Assembly (NCBI RefSeq): GCF_018977255.1
Contig: NW_024704743.1
Location: 54,810,001-54,874,000 of the forward strand
From: Callorhinchus milii
Taxonomy: Eukaryota
Direction of reading: 5' to 3'
Length of the DNA stretch: 64,000 bases
Part shown: positions 11,101 to 25,452 of the stretch, one piece after another
Numbering within the stretch: the stretch's first letter is position 1
How the letters are laid out: each line of letters opens with the position of its first letter
Made by a program: the position numbers and the translations under genes
The notes under the pieces: model-generated
Told to the model about the DNA's origin: nothing
The model's input: the letters and a program-made list of their open reading frames with translations, nothing else
Databases searched by the model: none

Positions 11101-13129
11101 GAGGATGGCGTTATCTGAATATATGTTCACTAGATTTATTTATAATATGTTAATGACTCCTTGACTTTTTAAACCCCGATAAAATATTTCAGAATATGTA
11201 TTCTGATCCAAGTGATATTTACAGAACAAATACTTGAGATGGCATATAAAGTAAATTGTGTTAATGCTAATATTCCTGTCAGTGACTTCTCATGAAGAGC
11301 GTACGAGTTCAAAGGAGTAGAGAAGCTAATAGGTCTGGATTGCTGCCAATTGCAGGCTTGAGACAACAGCAACAATTTACATTTATATTGTATCTTTCAT
11401 CTCAGAGGGACATCTCAACTGCAATACAGACTTGGTCTTGTATACTAGTCAATTTTTTGTTCTCATTCAAGTTAGTTGTAGTTGCTTATGTTTTAACCAG
11501 GAAAGCTTCATGTATTTTGTTTTAGTAATAATAATGTTTGTAATTGGCATGGAGCCTTTCACGTCCTGAGGATGTCTCAAAGCTCTTCACATGAATTGTT
11601 GTAAAATGTAGTGACTGCTTATTTGCGGCGAATGCAATAGCCCATTTATGTACAGCAGTGTCCCACAATGAACCATGAAGCGAATGACCAATTTTATCTG
11701 GGGTATTGTTGGCCAGGAAAAACTTCCTTCACTTTTCAAATTGTGCCATGGGATCTGTTTGAACAAGCAGACAAGAACCTGGTTTAACATCTGTCAAATG
11801 ATAGCACTTCCAACAGAGCAGTGTACCCCCAGCCCTGTGTCGGATTTTTGGCTTAGACTAGGGTGGTCCAACCTTTTTGCTGCTGAGAGCCGAATGCCCT
11901 ATTTGAAAAACATTTGCGGGCCGCATAAGCTATATTTTTGTGTTTCCCTTCCAGAAACGCAACGTAACATTTACACAGCGCCTTTTTCACATCTCTCTCA
12001 ATCACTCTTTCAATCACTTATCGCGGATAATTCTTTAACTCACAGACAAGTTCTGTGCTTGCCTCCCAGTGCAGGTTCTCTTCATGTTTTGTGTTCCTTA
12101 AGGTTCAATTGTGTTAAGGCGGTTAGCTATGGTATCACTTGGCAGTAATATCACTGTGTTTCTGCCTAATTTAAAAGTTAAAACAGTTTCATTTGGAAAC
12201 AGCTTGGGTGGATTACTCTGCATTGTAGAAAGAATATTTGAATGCTAATAGAGAAGAGAAAATAAAATTATGTTTGACATTTCTGTACTGGTTTATTCCA
12301 GAACTGGTTTTCACGAGGACTTAGCATTTATTATCAACAACCCAGGGTTTCTTGTACTGCTGAGATCAATCATGTATGAAGTATCAAAGGTTCTTCTGTC
12401 ACAACATGTATCGATCAAAGTTAGCTGAAGCACAACACCTCTGAATACAAATACCAGAGGGAAGCCCCCTCCCCCAAGGATAGTCAGAAGATCGGACATT
12501 ATTGTACCTGAAGGATTAGCAGTGGTTCGAGACCATCTATAATTTAGGGGGATGAGGGTGTTGAAGGTGAAGGATGGGCAATGTGGAAGTAGATCAATTG
12601 AGACTCTGAGGTCTGTTCAGGAGGGTGACAAATTGTAGGAGAGGAAATTTGGGCGTGTTGGTAAGGAAGCTGGGGAAAAAAAGGAAAAAATGAAGCCACT
12701 TGAGACAGGCAAGGGGATATTAATTGTGAAAGAGATTGTGATCTTAAAATAATTATCAGTAATTTAATGTTAGAGGTGGCAAGGTCTTGTGTATCAGCCA
12801 TATCTGTTAAGTGGATATGGGTTGGAGAGCTTATGCGGAGGGTGAGGCTGAGGGAGGAAAGAATTGCTGAGAAATTGGGGAAGAAGAGCAGGATAAGTTT
12901 AGATGCAGGTTTACTCTACACCAGGTTTGTATACTATTCTGATATAATAATAACAATTCTGAAGAGTTTAACAATGCAATACCAAACCTCTTGCTTGTAA
13001 GCTTTGCATTATGATAAAAGTAGAAGGCCTTTCCACATTGACAGGAGTACATGATTCAATTAAATTGCTGATTTCTCTATGGTAACTGATGTGTTGTTTC
13101 AGGTTGGTGAGGTTTGAGGAGCATGACAA

Positions 13130-14030
13130 TTAAACTGCGGTAATTTATGTACTAACAGGACAAGACATTAATGTATACCTGGATCATGGGGGGAATCCCA
13201 GTACAGATCCCTGAGGCACCCACAGGGGTCTGAACTGGGACGTTTTCTGTTCCTTGAATGCATTAATGACTTGGATTTGCAGACTTAGTGAAAGGTAGAT
13301 AATTCACAAATAACACCAAGTTGGGGGAAACTGGAATCAAAGGAAATTAAAGTTGCAGAGAGATTTTGATAGGTATGCACCTGGACTGATCACTAGCAAT
13401 TGAAGTTCAGTGCAGACAAATGCAAGTTACGATAGAGGAAGTAAAAATAGGAGGCACACAGGCACGATGGATAGGATAGAACTTGCAAAAAAAAAAGCTG
13501 AAAGAGGCCTAAGCGTGTTTAGTTGATTCATCACTCACGGTGTCAAAACAGTGTGATACAGCAATAAAAAAAGAAACTGGATGACTGAATACAGTTCTAA
13601 TTGCTGTGAGAACGGGGGTGGGGGAAGCTGCCCAGGCTCTAGAGATGGTGAAGACGAGAATAATAAGGATGATTCCCAGTGTTCGAGGAATCAGCTATGA
13701 GTAATAAATAGACATTGGGGTTTTCAACCTAAGGAAAAGCCTTCCCAGAGGGGATCTTCTATATGATTTTAAATGGTATTGACAAAGAAAACCCAGAACA
13801 ATCATTTCAGAAATATCAGAACAACAAAGTTTAGGATCAGCTCAGACCTCAGGAAGTATTTCTTTACAGAGGGTGATTCACAACTGGAAAGGTTTACCAG
13901 GAAGGATGTTTGGGAGCTAGGATGCTGGACTTGTTTAAGAAGTTTCTTGATGCTATGATGGATGGACAGTAAAATGGATGTTCTGGAAGGAAGAGATCAA
14001 ATGGGTCAAAGGAACTTCTTATTAACCCTT
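13130..14030 (+). mobile_element. Highly degenerate CR1 LINE fragment
   Basis: Decayed RT remnants (ccacaggggtctgaactggga, aatgacttgga, gacaaatgcaag, tatttctttacagagggtg). Confidence 0.6.
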
Positions 14031-14064
14031 CTTGGTCTTGTAATATTCATAACCCCTCCCAGAG

Positions 14065-14322
14065 TTTGTATGCGAACTCCCTGCTTGTCAGCCTCCCCAA
14101 CTCCTTCCTCCATAGGCTGCAGATCATCCAGAACTCTGCAGCTCATGTCCTCTCCCGCACCAGGCTCCGCGACCCTATCACCCCCATCCTCGCCCAACTC
14201 CACTGGCTTCCCATCACACAGAGAATACAGTTCAAGATCCTGGTCTTCACCTTCAAAGCCCTCCATGGTCTTGCTCCCCACTACCTCTGCAACCTTCTAA
14301 CCCCGTACCAACTCGCCCGTTC
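14065..14322 (+). mobile_element. L2 LINE internal fragment
   Basis: [58 protein letters not shown]. Confidence 0.9.
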
Positions 14323-17300
14323 CAAGAAAGGATTGGTGTCATTTTCTCGTTAAGGTTCTTTTTGAATCAGTTTGTTTGCTTAACTGACTCGGGCGCTGTC
14401 AAGCAAACACATTTATAATTTATAAATATCTTTCCAGGACTCCCTGTGTAAGATGAGTAGATTAGCATTATTCAGCTATAGATGTGTATTGTTCTGTCTG
14501 TTGTGTTGGCTGGTAAAGATTTATCCAGTTTATTATAGTAATGAGAGCTGTTTTGTGAGTCAAAAGGCCTCTTTCAAATGTCTGATTCACCAGACTATTT
14601 CATAGGAACATTGATAAAAGTGAAATTAATGGTGGAACTGCCTCCAGTAAATCATATGCTGTCTTCTTTATAGCTATAGAAAATTATAATTGAATATTTT
14701 TAATATTTTGATATATCAATATTAGATAATCATTTGTTCAGTTTGCAAACATTTATTTTCCTTCAGACCCCCTTCCCCTACCTTTGTCATATTGTTTACC
14801 ACTTTCCCCTTCGTTAGGCTGAATAATATACAATGAGTAGTGTCTGACAGATATGCTTCCCTTATTGCTGTGTTATAGTCTGGCCTTGTTGGCTGTGCTT
14901 ATTTTGAATCCTTTTCATTTTCAGAATATACAGTACTGTAGTTGCTGTCCTTTTTAACAAGAAAAACTAAATGTTTTGCTTCTAATCTAGATTGCTATTT
15001 TGAATATCTGCTTCTCATTACCACAGTCTCAGGAGAAACTCAGGTATCACATAGACATAAGCGAGGGATGAATTGTAGCTCTCAGAAGTCAGTAAATGAG
15101 TCAGTTTTTGAGTGTGTTTTTATGGTATGGTTTTAAGTTTAACAATTAACTATGCTTGTCTCAGAGGGCAGATAAAACATGTTTATGTGCTGCAGTTTTG
15201 CATATCCTAGTCTTGTGAGCTTCTGATGACTTTGACTTCTGTAGTCTTAAAAATAAATGAGACACACATTGAATTATCTTGTTTGAAATGTTCTGGAGTT
15301 TAGGTTCCTAATGTTCATTCGTTGAATCTGAGATTTCATTACACTGTGATTCTTTGCATTTTTACCAGCCAGGGTTACAGCATTCAGTTGGAAAATGTTT
15401 TTAGAGATGAGGAAGAATTGCACGTGCAAAAAAAAATCTATTATCTTAAATTACAGACTGCAGATTAAAATACTGTTTCTTTGCAACCGGTACCTTGCAG
15501 TCTTTCAGTTAAATTTGGAACTTGGCCCTCTATAGAACATACTTTTCAATTTAGAATAACCTTTAGCTTGCTTGATGTTTTCTCCAAGATTAAATTCACA
15601 AGTACCTTAGGTACTTCAGTACAAGCATAAAAGGATCAGCTGTTCAAATGTTGCACAACCTTGACTTAATGCAAACGTTTTGAGTGTGTAAGTTTTATTA
15701 ACCATTTATTACTGAATGCTTTGGTTCCTCCATTAAAACAAATGCAATTAAAACTGAGTTAGCTGTATTGTGCTTAATAAAGAAAAGAGAATAGATGCTA
15801 GGAAGATAGTTGTAATTGCATTACTTTGTCTAATTCCAAATGTGTACAAGGCAGTTAAGCAACAAAATAACAGTGCCATAAATCTATGACACATCACAAA
15901 ATAATTAAAAGTACATCATAATAATTCTTGCATTTGAAAAGGTTTCATAAGCCTGTTTTCTCCATGCACTCAACTCTTTAATTAGTTTTGTGTGTGCTCA
16001 ACATATAATTCTGTTTTATATTCCATTATAAATGGAAAATTTACTCAAGTGCTTTAAAAAATGAGTGGCAGTGTGCACTAGGTTTTACTGTTTGCAACAT
16101 TATTAGTGTTTTTCTTTAGCTACTGCAGTCATCTTGTGGTTTTCTTGCATTTGGGTTGTGTTACCATATGCTTCTCTGTTTTCATGTTTTCATTCATGTG
16201 GAGAGTGTTGCTGACATTGTCTGTTGGCAATTCTTCAAAATAGCACCATTGGATCTTAAGAACATGCACATAAGATCTTGGTTTTAATTTCAGAAGAACA
16301 GTACTAATTCAGCACTCCATCCAACCTGCACTGGAGTATCAGCTTATTTTATGAGTTGAAGTCCTTTTGCTGGATACGCACCCACAAACCTTCTGATTCA
16401 GACAAGAGTCCTAAGAGAGCATGTCCTTATTTGTGAGGTTGGACTGGTCTGAGAATAGTACTCTGTGGTCAGATGTGCAAAAGGAAGATAATCTTTTGTG
16501 TTCCAATCTTGCCTACAAATTGTTTAGTGAGGCATTGACTATGTGCATATTGTGTGGGATGCTGCTCAATTATCAAAGGATTGTGAAATTTCTGTATCCA
16601 TCTATGGTGAGCTTCTGCACATTGTGTGTGGATGGGTGGGGGGGGGGGGGGGAGGGCGGAGGGCAAATTGTTTAGTGGATACTAATTCTCCACAACAGGG
16701 AATTCACAACAGGGACCCTAATTCTCTATAGCTGTGGAACTAGAAGAGATCTGTGGCATCTTGCTGCATTAATGGGAAGATGAATGTAAGGTGAGGTACG
16801 GTACCATTTCAGTACTTTTTCTACCTATCTCTCGAGAAATGACAGTATTGTAAAAATATTTCACCTTTTTAACAAAAATATTCCTGACCATTGTCAGAAT
16901 CAATCTTCTCCTCACTTAGGCTGTCGCAGTGACAATGAGAAAGAAGTGCTTGTTTGTTTCCCTTTTCCTCCTGCCACAGATTCTCACAGAAGACCAGCAT
17001 TATTAAATGGTCTCCCAGGATAATTTCATAGTGTGCATAATAGCTTCACATAAATTTACTGCCTAGAGAAGTTTTCATTAATCACAAGCTCTGTCTTGAC
17101 ATTAGTTCCCAGGCGATGGCATTGATAAGAGAACATAACTCCTGACAAATTATGAAATCAAGACTTCATATTGGTTAAATGGGATATTTGAATGAAAGAG
17201 CAATGCAGATGTGTTGTGTTGAGGTACAGTATTCACTATTCTGCATTGAAAACTTGCTACTCATATTGAATTCTTAAATCATTTACATTATTATGGTGGA

Positions 17301-18837
17301 AATGATACAGCTTGTCTCCTGGTATAGAACAGCTTCAGGTTTAGCACGGTGTCCTGTGGACCAGAAGTGCCATTTACTAACTTTCCGCGGTGGTTAGCCG
17401 GCTTCCCACGCTATACAATGGCCAAATTGCAGGTTGTTCATTAGCCACTGACCTCACTTCCTGTGCATTGCTCACATAAATAAAAGAATATTGGCCAGGA
17501 CACCAGGAGAAACTCCATTCTCTTTTCGAATAGTGCCACGGCATCTTTAACTTCCACTTGAACAAGTATACTGAAACTTGGTTTAACGTCTCATCCGTCA
17601 ATTAATGAGGAAAGTGAGTGTGCAATGTTTCTTGCATATAGTGTAATGCACAGTGCCGACCTGATGAACCCAAAGTTGGCCATTGTTTTCACTCTTTGTA
17701 TAACACAAGCAGAAATGTTGGATTTTGTGTGATAATTAATGAGCTGGTTTGATTTAGGTCTGCTGGACTGGTCTGCTTCTCATCTCTTATCTGTCCCCCA
17801 TATTCCACTCTTGGGATTGGAGTACATTTATTCATTAACCATCCTGAAATTTCATTTGCTATTTATGGTGAAATCCACTAACTGCAGCATCTATCGAATC
17901 CTATCCTGTTGGCCGAACTGGCCAATATGGCATGTTCTCCATTTCCACCTTCACATCTGATTAAACAGCTCTACCTACTCCCCCACAAGGATTAATCCTG
18001 AGATAACTTACTCAGTAGCATCTCTGGGCAATGGAGACGGGGAGGTTTGCTGTCATGAACTGGATTTTTCCACCTCTCTCATACTGGAGTGTGAGATGGT
18101 TAGATCTTTTACTTCATTACAGTGTCAGCTTTCTCTTTTAGGCTTTTATTTCATCTTGTGTTGGAAGCAATTACAGTACAAATATTTGTAAGATGATATT
18201 GGACTCTAGAAACTTTTTTATTGTTCCACTTCCCCACGACAGGGGTATCAATCAATGCCATTCGTTTTGTTGCGTCTCTTCTGTGGTTTCCTGTTCCTTG
18301 TCTCTGGATTTACTGTTAGGATTTGTCCTGCCTGGCTTTTCCTTTGTGATAAACCTTCTACATTTTTGTTTTGAGCTGTCTTTCCCAAACTTTATGGTGG
18401 TGGGACTCTACTCTCCCAATGTTGATCCTCTTTCTCTTTGGTCATTGAATATATGGCTGTTTTCCATTTGGAATTTATTTATGTTGATGGTCATCTGTAT
18501 TTGCGCTATTTAAATCCAAGTTGTTGTCACTGGATAGGCAACCGTGCTATCTAGTCTGCATGGGAACAGTGCTGCACCATTTTGGATTTTAGCATTTGAT
18601 ATTAGCTTTTGTGCATTTATTTTGCATGTGAATTTTCATCTAAATGTACAGAAACATCTGTGAAGTTTTTGGGTGCACAAGATGACTCTAGAACTCTCTC
18701 CACTATTCAGATAAACTCTTAATGAAGTTTGTATTGTTTATAACATCAATCCCAATATTGAATTGTGAAAACATGGCACATGCTATGTAGTAAATAGGGG
18801 GCGGGGAGGGTGGGCGGGCAGGGGAAAAGCAGGGGGA

Positions 18838-19075
18838 TTAGTTTGCATAGTCGAGCCTTGATGTAATGAAAGTATGGATGAGGGTTTCGGCAGCCTGCGA
18901 TGTGAGACAGTGGCGGAGCCGGGCGATGTTGTGGAGTGGGGGAAGGCAGAAATGGGTTATGATGCAGATGTGGGATAGAAAGGATAGTTGAGGGTCAACC
19001 AAGACCCCAAGGTTCCAGACTGACTTAGGAAGTGGAGTGTGCAACCATAGATGGTGATGCTGTCAGCACCTGAGG
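18838..19075 (-). mobile_element. L2 LINE fragment
   Basis: NLGVLVDPQLSFLSHI...AETLIHTFITSRLDYAN. Confidence 0.88.
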
Positions 19076-19109
19076 TACGGTAAAGGTATCATTATTCTAT
19101 CGCATAACA

Positions 19110-19430
19110 AATAATAATAATAATCCTTGCATTTGATATAGCGCTTTTCACGTCTTCTAGACGTCCCAAAGCGCTTCACAGAATATACTGTAAAGTGAAT
19201 TGACTGTATATTTGTGGGCGATCGCGCAGCCAATTGCACACAGCAGTGTCCCACAGACAGTCCTGGATTGAAAATGTCCAACTTATTATTGTTTTGTTTT
19301 TTTGGAGGGATTATTATTAGGCTCTGTGTGGAGTAAGGAAACTTGCCCAAGGTTTCGCCCTCTGCCTGGAATTGAACTCAGGTCTCTCACTTGCAAAGCG
19401 AGTGCTCTAACCACTGAGCTACAGGACTCC
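19110..19430 (-). mobile_element. Full-length short SINE with tRNA-like (TGC loop) head and L2-like tail
   Basis: Minus strand starts ggagtcctgtagctcagtggttagagcactcgctttgcaagtgagagacctgagttcaattcc (A and B boxes) and ends gcgctatatcaaatgcaagg(att)n. Confidence 0.9.
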
Positions 19431-20024
19431 ACGAGTCCACAAAATAACCACCGTGCCAGAGAACTAGCATTGCTCTTTTTTTCAATTCACGTATTTCTAA
19501 AATAAGTATTAAGTTTAAACTTACCTATGGCTCTGGTGCTACTTTTTAAATCATTCAGAAGTGCTGTGACATGTCAGTCCCAAAGACATGTCACTCTAAA
19601 AATGACCTGGATGACACTGATACTATTCAACCTGACTTTAACAATGAATGAAATAGTAAAATAAAATATAAATTATAGATACTAGAAGAGCAGTCAACAT
19701 GGATTTAAAAGCAATGGATCATGCTTTGCAAATCTATTGAAATTCTTCATAAAAGCTGGAGAATATCATTTTATTTTCATCTTCCAGAAGAGTTTTGATA
19801 AAGTCTTACAGTTGAGACTATGAAAATATCCACTTGGCTGCATCCTCCTCCCCTTCGTCTGCTTCCGCGCCCCCAAACCACCTGACCCATCCAACCTTAC
19901 AAAATATCGTCCCATTTCCAACCTGCCCTTCCTTGCCAAAGCTCCGGAACGCTTTGTTGCTAACCAGATTTGCTCTCACTTCTCCCTCCACTCGCTCCTC
20001 GAGCCCCTCCGATCTGGTTTCATT

Positions 20025-20405
20025 CATTGCATTTGATTATAGCACTTTACCACATCATTGAGACATCTCAAAGTGCTTCAGTGAAGATTACTGTAGATTG
20101 ACTGTGTATTTTGTGGGTGAAACATGGCAGCCAGTTGCGCACAGCAATGTCCCACAAACAACCAATGGAATAAGTGACTAATTTTAATTTGGGTGATTGA
20201 CAGGACGCCGGGAGAAACTCCCTTCTCTTTTTGAATTGCCACGGGATCCTTGACATCCACCTGAACAGGCAGGTGGATCTCAATTTAACATCTCATCTGA
20301 AGGATGGCATCTCCGATAATGCAACACCACCCTGGGACTGCATTGGAGTGTCAGTTTAGGCAATGTGATTACAAGTCCCGACGTGGGGCTTGAACCCACA
20401 ACCAC
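20025..20405 (-). mobile_element. Deu-type SINE
   Basis: B-box ggttcaagccccac and central gatgccatccttcagatgagatgttaaa core, with the shared 3' part. Confidence 0.82.
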
Positions 20406-21151
20406 TGTGGGTACTACCACTGCTTTTTTAAAAGACTGTCTTGTTCTGAGTTCAAGTTGCATGAATATCTCATCTATTATTACTTCTGATAAGTAATTCT
20501 TTGGAATCCTGCTTTATATAAATGTATGCAGTTTGGATGATATCTGGGGTGTGTAGATATGAAAAACACAACATCTAAATGCATAAATGATGTGAGTATT
20601 CCAAATAATTAGTCTTGATACTGAAATATGTAAGTTGGTGTAATGCCCTTCATTTCCGAAAGTAGCTACAAAAAATGAATGCTGTACTGGACATTGAATT
20701 CTTTTCAAATTATGTTGATTACATTACCTCATTTAACTTTCCTGCCCCAAATGCACAGTTTCTGGTGCTTCCAGCAGTAAAGCAATTAGGAATCTCATTT
20801 CTGTTTCCAATTCCTAATTGGGTTGGCTGGGGAAGAGATTTTTTAAAAATTCTGTTCAAAGAGCTGGCTGCATTAACCACATTCCAATATCATTAAAAAT
20901 ACTGTAGTCTTGCAAAGATCTTAGGTGATCTATTTCTGAGTGGAATCGGAATAAATTTGGACCAGTTGCACTGTTCTTTGAGCTGCAAATTGCTGATGGA
21001 AGGCCAGTTTATCAAAGGTATAAAAGTGTTAGCACATTGTCTGACATACTGTTGGACATGGCATGGTGTTGTCCCCTCTTGCCTTTTCATTCTCCAAATA
21101 GAGCAAATAATTTAAAACTGCGAATGAAGGCTTGTGAGTCTGAATGGCACA

Positions 21152-21508
21152 TAATAATAATAATTATTATAATCCTTGCGTTTGATATAGCCTTCTAGAA
21201 GTCTCAAGCACTTCACAGAAAATACTGTAAAGTGAATTGATTGTATATTTGTGTGCGAAATGCGGCAGCCAATTGTACACAGCAGTGTCCCACAAATAGT
21301 CGTGGATTGAGTGACTAATTTTTTTTTGAAGGATTATTGTCCCCAGAAAAGCGAGCTGCCAATCGACTTAACAACCGGGTTCCTACTTATTGCTAGTAAA
21401 ACAGAGGTGTGTGGAGTAAGAAAACTTGCCCAACATTTCGCCCTGCGGGAAATCAAACCCAGGTCTCTCGCTTGCAAGGCGAGTGTTCTAACCACTGAGC
21501 TACAGGAC
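21152..21508 (-). mobile_element. Short SINE with tRNA-like head
   Basis: Same head and tail as 19110-19430. Confidence 0.88.
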
Positions 21509-24004
21509 ACAGATGTTCGAGTTAGAAATATTGTCATATTTTTCACGCCAGTAGAGTAAAGTTGTTTATTTGAATGTTGTTCCTTTGATAAAATGGCCTA
21601 GCTTAGGTTCTATCTTTACACTGCTGGAGTGATTTGACATTGCTTCCAGCAGTAGATTGATACAGAATAAGAAACATACCAGATGCACATTTCTCTTGCC
21701 AGAGATTATGGAGGGCTTTACGTATTTACAGAGATTTACTAGCCAGGGGCATGATTCGCAAACTTCAAATAATGGGTTCAACATCCGACTACCTTTGCAG
21801 CTTTATGGAAGATAAGATATTTTACTTACAATACCTAAGTCATTAGTATGAACTATGAACTGGGTTCCCTAGCTAATTTTCTGCTGGCAGTGCCATATTA
21901 TAACTACAATCAGTGTTACATTTTCACTTGTTTATGTATTGGATGACTCGAATTTGCGAACACATATGGGACTTAGATGCTTTCTAAAAAATCATTCCTC
22001 TATCTTGATGTATCAGATTGAATTTGCTGAATGAGGACCCCCTCCTAGTTGTCGGTGTTAACAAGCTAATTCTGCTGCATGAACTTTTTTTAAAAAGCGG
22101 GTCACTGGCTTTTTACTCAGCAGAAAATTAGTAGTCCCACTCGCCAAATTACTATGGAGTGTAACATTGGATTGTATTTAAGTGATGCATAGTTTCTTAA
22201 TTATATTTTCCATTAGTTGCATGATAACTTTTGGCCCTTGAACTAAAGTCTGAAATATAAGTTTTGGAGTGTGTCTTAATTGCTGAGGTAAACTAACACT
22301 GGAAATATAGATTGTGCATTACTTTGAATTGCTGATACTGTTTGATCTGTAAAACCTGTCCATTTGTACCAACTTTAGTTTTCTGTGGTATATGCATTCC
22401 AGATTTCTGCTGGGGATGATTATTTATACTGTATAGTCTTGTTCTAAGAGCAGACATTATAAGCACTTCTCAAGGCTGTATTTGGATCAGTTATCTGTCA
22501 TTCATTAATCCGAGATTTACTAGCTAAGAAGTTGAGAGGTTTTACTGAAAGTGATTAATGCAATTTTGAATGCTCTGGTCGAAACACTTCCACTCCCGAT
22601 GTTATAGCAGATAAAACACACGCTGTTGTAGTAGACTAGCTGTACCTGTTGCAGCTACGCTTACAACCAAAGAATCCAATATGGAATGTAAATTGACACA
22701 CACAGACAGAGACACACATTTCATTTTTATCTATACTCATCTGGGAGGACTCCTGTGGGAGGACTCCTTTTGGGGTTTTAGTATGCTTAACATACCCTCT
22801 AGGGTCCCTAATCCATCCTGCGCCTAATGCTCTTTGGAATTAGGTAAGCAGAGTGTTTCCTTCCAGAAAGCGTGCATTCCATTCCAATACACAGAAATTT
22901 CCACGTGTCGGGTGGATGCATGGAACTCTGTTTAAGTTTCGATGCTCTTAAGCACGTTGAGATGGGTTTCTGCAAGCGTCAGAAGCCGGCTGACCCAACG
23001 ACATGCAGGGATTATTGTCCTTCATTACATATTGCTAAATTTTGAAAATGCCCTCATCATACTTGTAATATTATTTTATCTGTTCCGAAAGGGCATAAAA
23101 TGAAGCAGACTTGACTGTATTGGAAACGTAGATTATAATTGCCAGCAAAGACGTCATTAACATTGTGTGTCATGTGAATATTTGTGGAAAGGAGGTGAAC
23201 ATTATCTCAGAGTGTAACCTGTTGGGCAGGTTACCTTTGTCAGGAGGGATCCTTTACATTTTTTAATATTTACTTTTAGACTCTAATTTTGCAGACTGTT
23301 TTTATTGCTTGTGCTATATTGTGTATTATAAAAAGGGAGTTTCTCCCAGTGTACTGACCAGCAATCTCCCGGATAACATTTGTCATTCGCTTTGTGGCTG
23401 TTTGTGGGACATTGCTGTGTGCAAATTGGCAGCTGTGTTTGCCTACAACTACACAGTAAATCTTGTGAAGCATTTTGAGACATTTCGACGATCAGATAAG
23501 GCACTATATCAAATGCAAGTATTACAAGTTAATATTGGAATTGTATCCAGTTACTGTGTTACAGTATTTACATCCAGTTTCCTTAGTCAGTTTTAATCAA
23601 CGTTTTAAGCAAAAAATGTTTAGATCTGTGGAAATATGAACATTGCAACACAGTGGAAATTGAAGGTTAGATGACTGAATATCAGCTATGCTGTTTCTGA
23701 AATTTCCTAGCATTTGACAGTAAAATTTTTCCTGTTACAATTTTGTAGCATGATACCGAATAGGTATTCCTCATCTCATTTTATTCATTCAAAGCTTTTC
23801 TTAAAGGGCAGAATACATATTAATTTTCCGTAATATAATAATAATCATTGGGTTTGATGGTCTTATCACGTTATTGAGATGTCTCAAAGTGCTTCTCAGA
23901 ATATATTGTAAAATGGATTAACCGTGTATTTTGTGGCCGAAATCAGGACAATAACCTTTTGCAGCACAAAATGAGATTTGGATCCAGTACAGAGCCTATT
24001 TAAA

Positions 24005-25200
24005 GAGTAAAGATGTTGACGGGAGCCAAAGAATATGGCTTCCGTCTTGTCCACATTCAGCTGCAGGAAGTTTACACTCATCGAGGCCCTGATGATGGCC
24101 AAACAAGCTGATAGAACATCGGCAGACCTGGTGTTGGTATTGGAGGAGGCAAAGTAGATTTGTGTGTCATCCACATACATGTGGAAGTTTACCCAATGTC
24201 TGTGGATGTTATTGCCCAGAAGGAGCATATAGATAAGGAAAAGAAGAGAGCCAAGGATGGAGCCCTGGAATACCCCGCAGGTGACTGGGCGGGGTCGGAA
24301 GGAGAAACTCTTTGTCGAGATAAGATGGAGGCGGTTGGTTAAGTAGGACTAGAACCATGCGAGTGCGGTCCCATTAAGGTAGATGAGGGAAGAGAGGCAG
24401 TGGAGGAGGTTGGCGTGGTCGACTATGTCAAACGCGGCAGAGAGATCCAGGAGGACAAGGAGGCAACAACAACAAAATTACATTTGTATAGTGCCTCTCA
24501 CGTCGGGAGGACATCCCAAGGCGCTGGACAGACAGAGTTTCGGACTTGAGCTGGGATTGGGATTGGGGAGGGTGGAGAGCAGGGCAGGAAGGAGGGAGAT
24601 CGAAGGCACGGTCGAAGAGGAGGGTCTTGAGATGGGTCTTGAAGGAGGCAAGGGAGAGGGCAAGGCGGAGGGACTGCGGGATGGAGTTCCAGAGGATGGC
24701 GGCAGAATAGTGCCTGCCAGCGAATAGTGGGGCAAGTGAGGCGGGGATGTAAAGCAAGCCAGAGCCCGCTGAGCGGAAGGAGCAAGCAGGATGGTAGGGG
24801 GTTAGGAGGTTGCAGAGGTGGGGGGGGAGCAAGATTATGGAGGGCTTTGAAGGCAAAGGGAGCCTTGGTCACAGATAGAGAGGACATTGTTTGTGACTTT
24901 GACAAAGACTGTCTCTGTGCTGTGAGCAGGGCAAAAACCAGACTGCAGGGGCTCAAGAAGGGAGTGGAGGGAGAGGTGTGACCGAAGTTGACCAGCAGCA
25001 ATGCGTTCCAGGACTTTGGCAAAGAAGGGTAGGTTGGGATGGGACGGGAGTGTGAGAGATTAGAAGGATCGAGGCTGAGTTTTTTGAGGAGGAGTGTGAT
25101 AACAGCGGTTTTCAGGGGGAGTGGAACAGAGCCTGAGGAGAGAGACTGGTTGACCGTGTCGGCAGACAGGGGGGAGAGGAGAGGGAGTTGAGTGACCAGT
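24005..25200 (-). mobile_element. L2 LINE RT fragment with a second L2 3' end nested in it (~24464-24855)
   Basis: The outer copy has FHMYVDDTQIY and [13 protein letters not shown]. The inner copy begins with the caacaacaacaaaattacatttg tail. Confidence 0.85.
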
Positions 25201-25231
25201 CACCACTAGAATCTTTCTTTTGTTCAGTTTG

Positions 25232-25452
25232 AATAATAATAATAATAATAATAATCCTTGCATTTGATATAGCGCTTTTCACGTCGGGAGGACGTCCCAA
25301 AGCGCTTCACAGAACACACTGTAAAGTGAATTGACTGTATATTTGTGGGCGAACGCGGCAGCCAATTGCGCACAGCAATGTCCCCCAATCAGTCGTAGAT
25401 TGAAAATGACCAATTTTATTATTGTTTTTGGTTTTGGAGGGATTATTATTAT
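25232..25452 (-). mobile_element. Young 5'-truncated SINE
   Basis: (aat)n ccttgcatttgatatagcgcttttcacgtcgggaggacgtcccaaagcgcttcac..., near-identical to the copies at 30858, 55146 and 59538. Confidence 0.92.

Noticed and set aside
19355..19430. tRNA-Ala(TGC)-like gene (also ~21440, ~31100, ~35324)
   Set aside because: These are SINE heads attached to SINE or LINE bodies, with no intact acceptor stem or terminator.
22277..22293. TTAATTGCTGAG|gtaaac resembling SNX13 exon 1
   Set aside because: No in-frame ATG found and no CpG or promoter context.
22742..22768. tgggaggactcc duplicated in tandem, and nearby weak inverted motifs
   Set aside because: A short slippage duplication; I could not define element boundaries.
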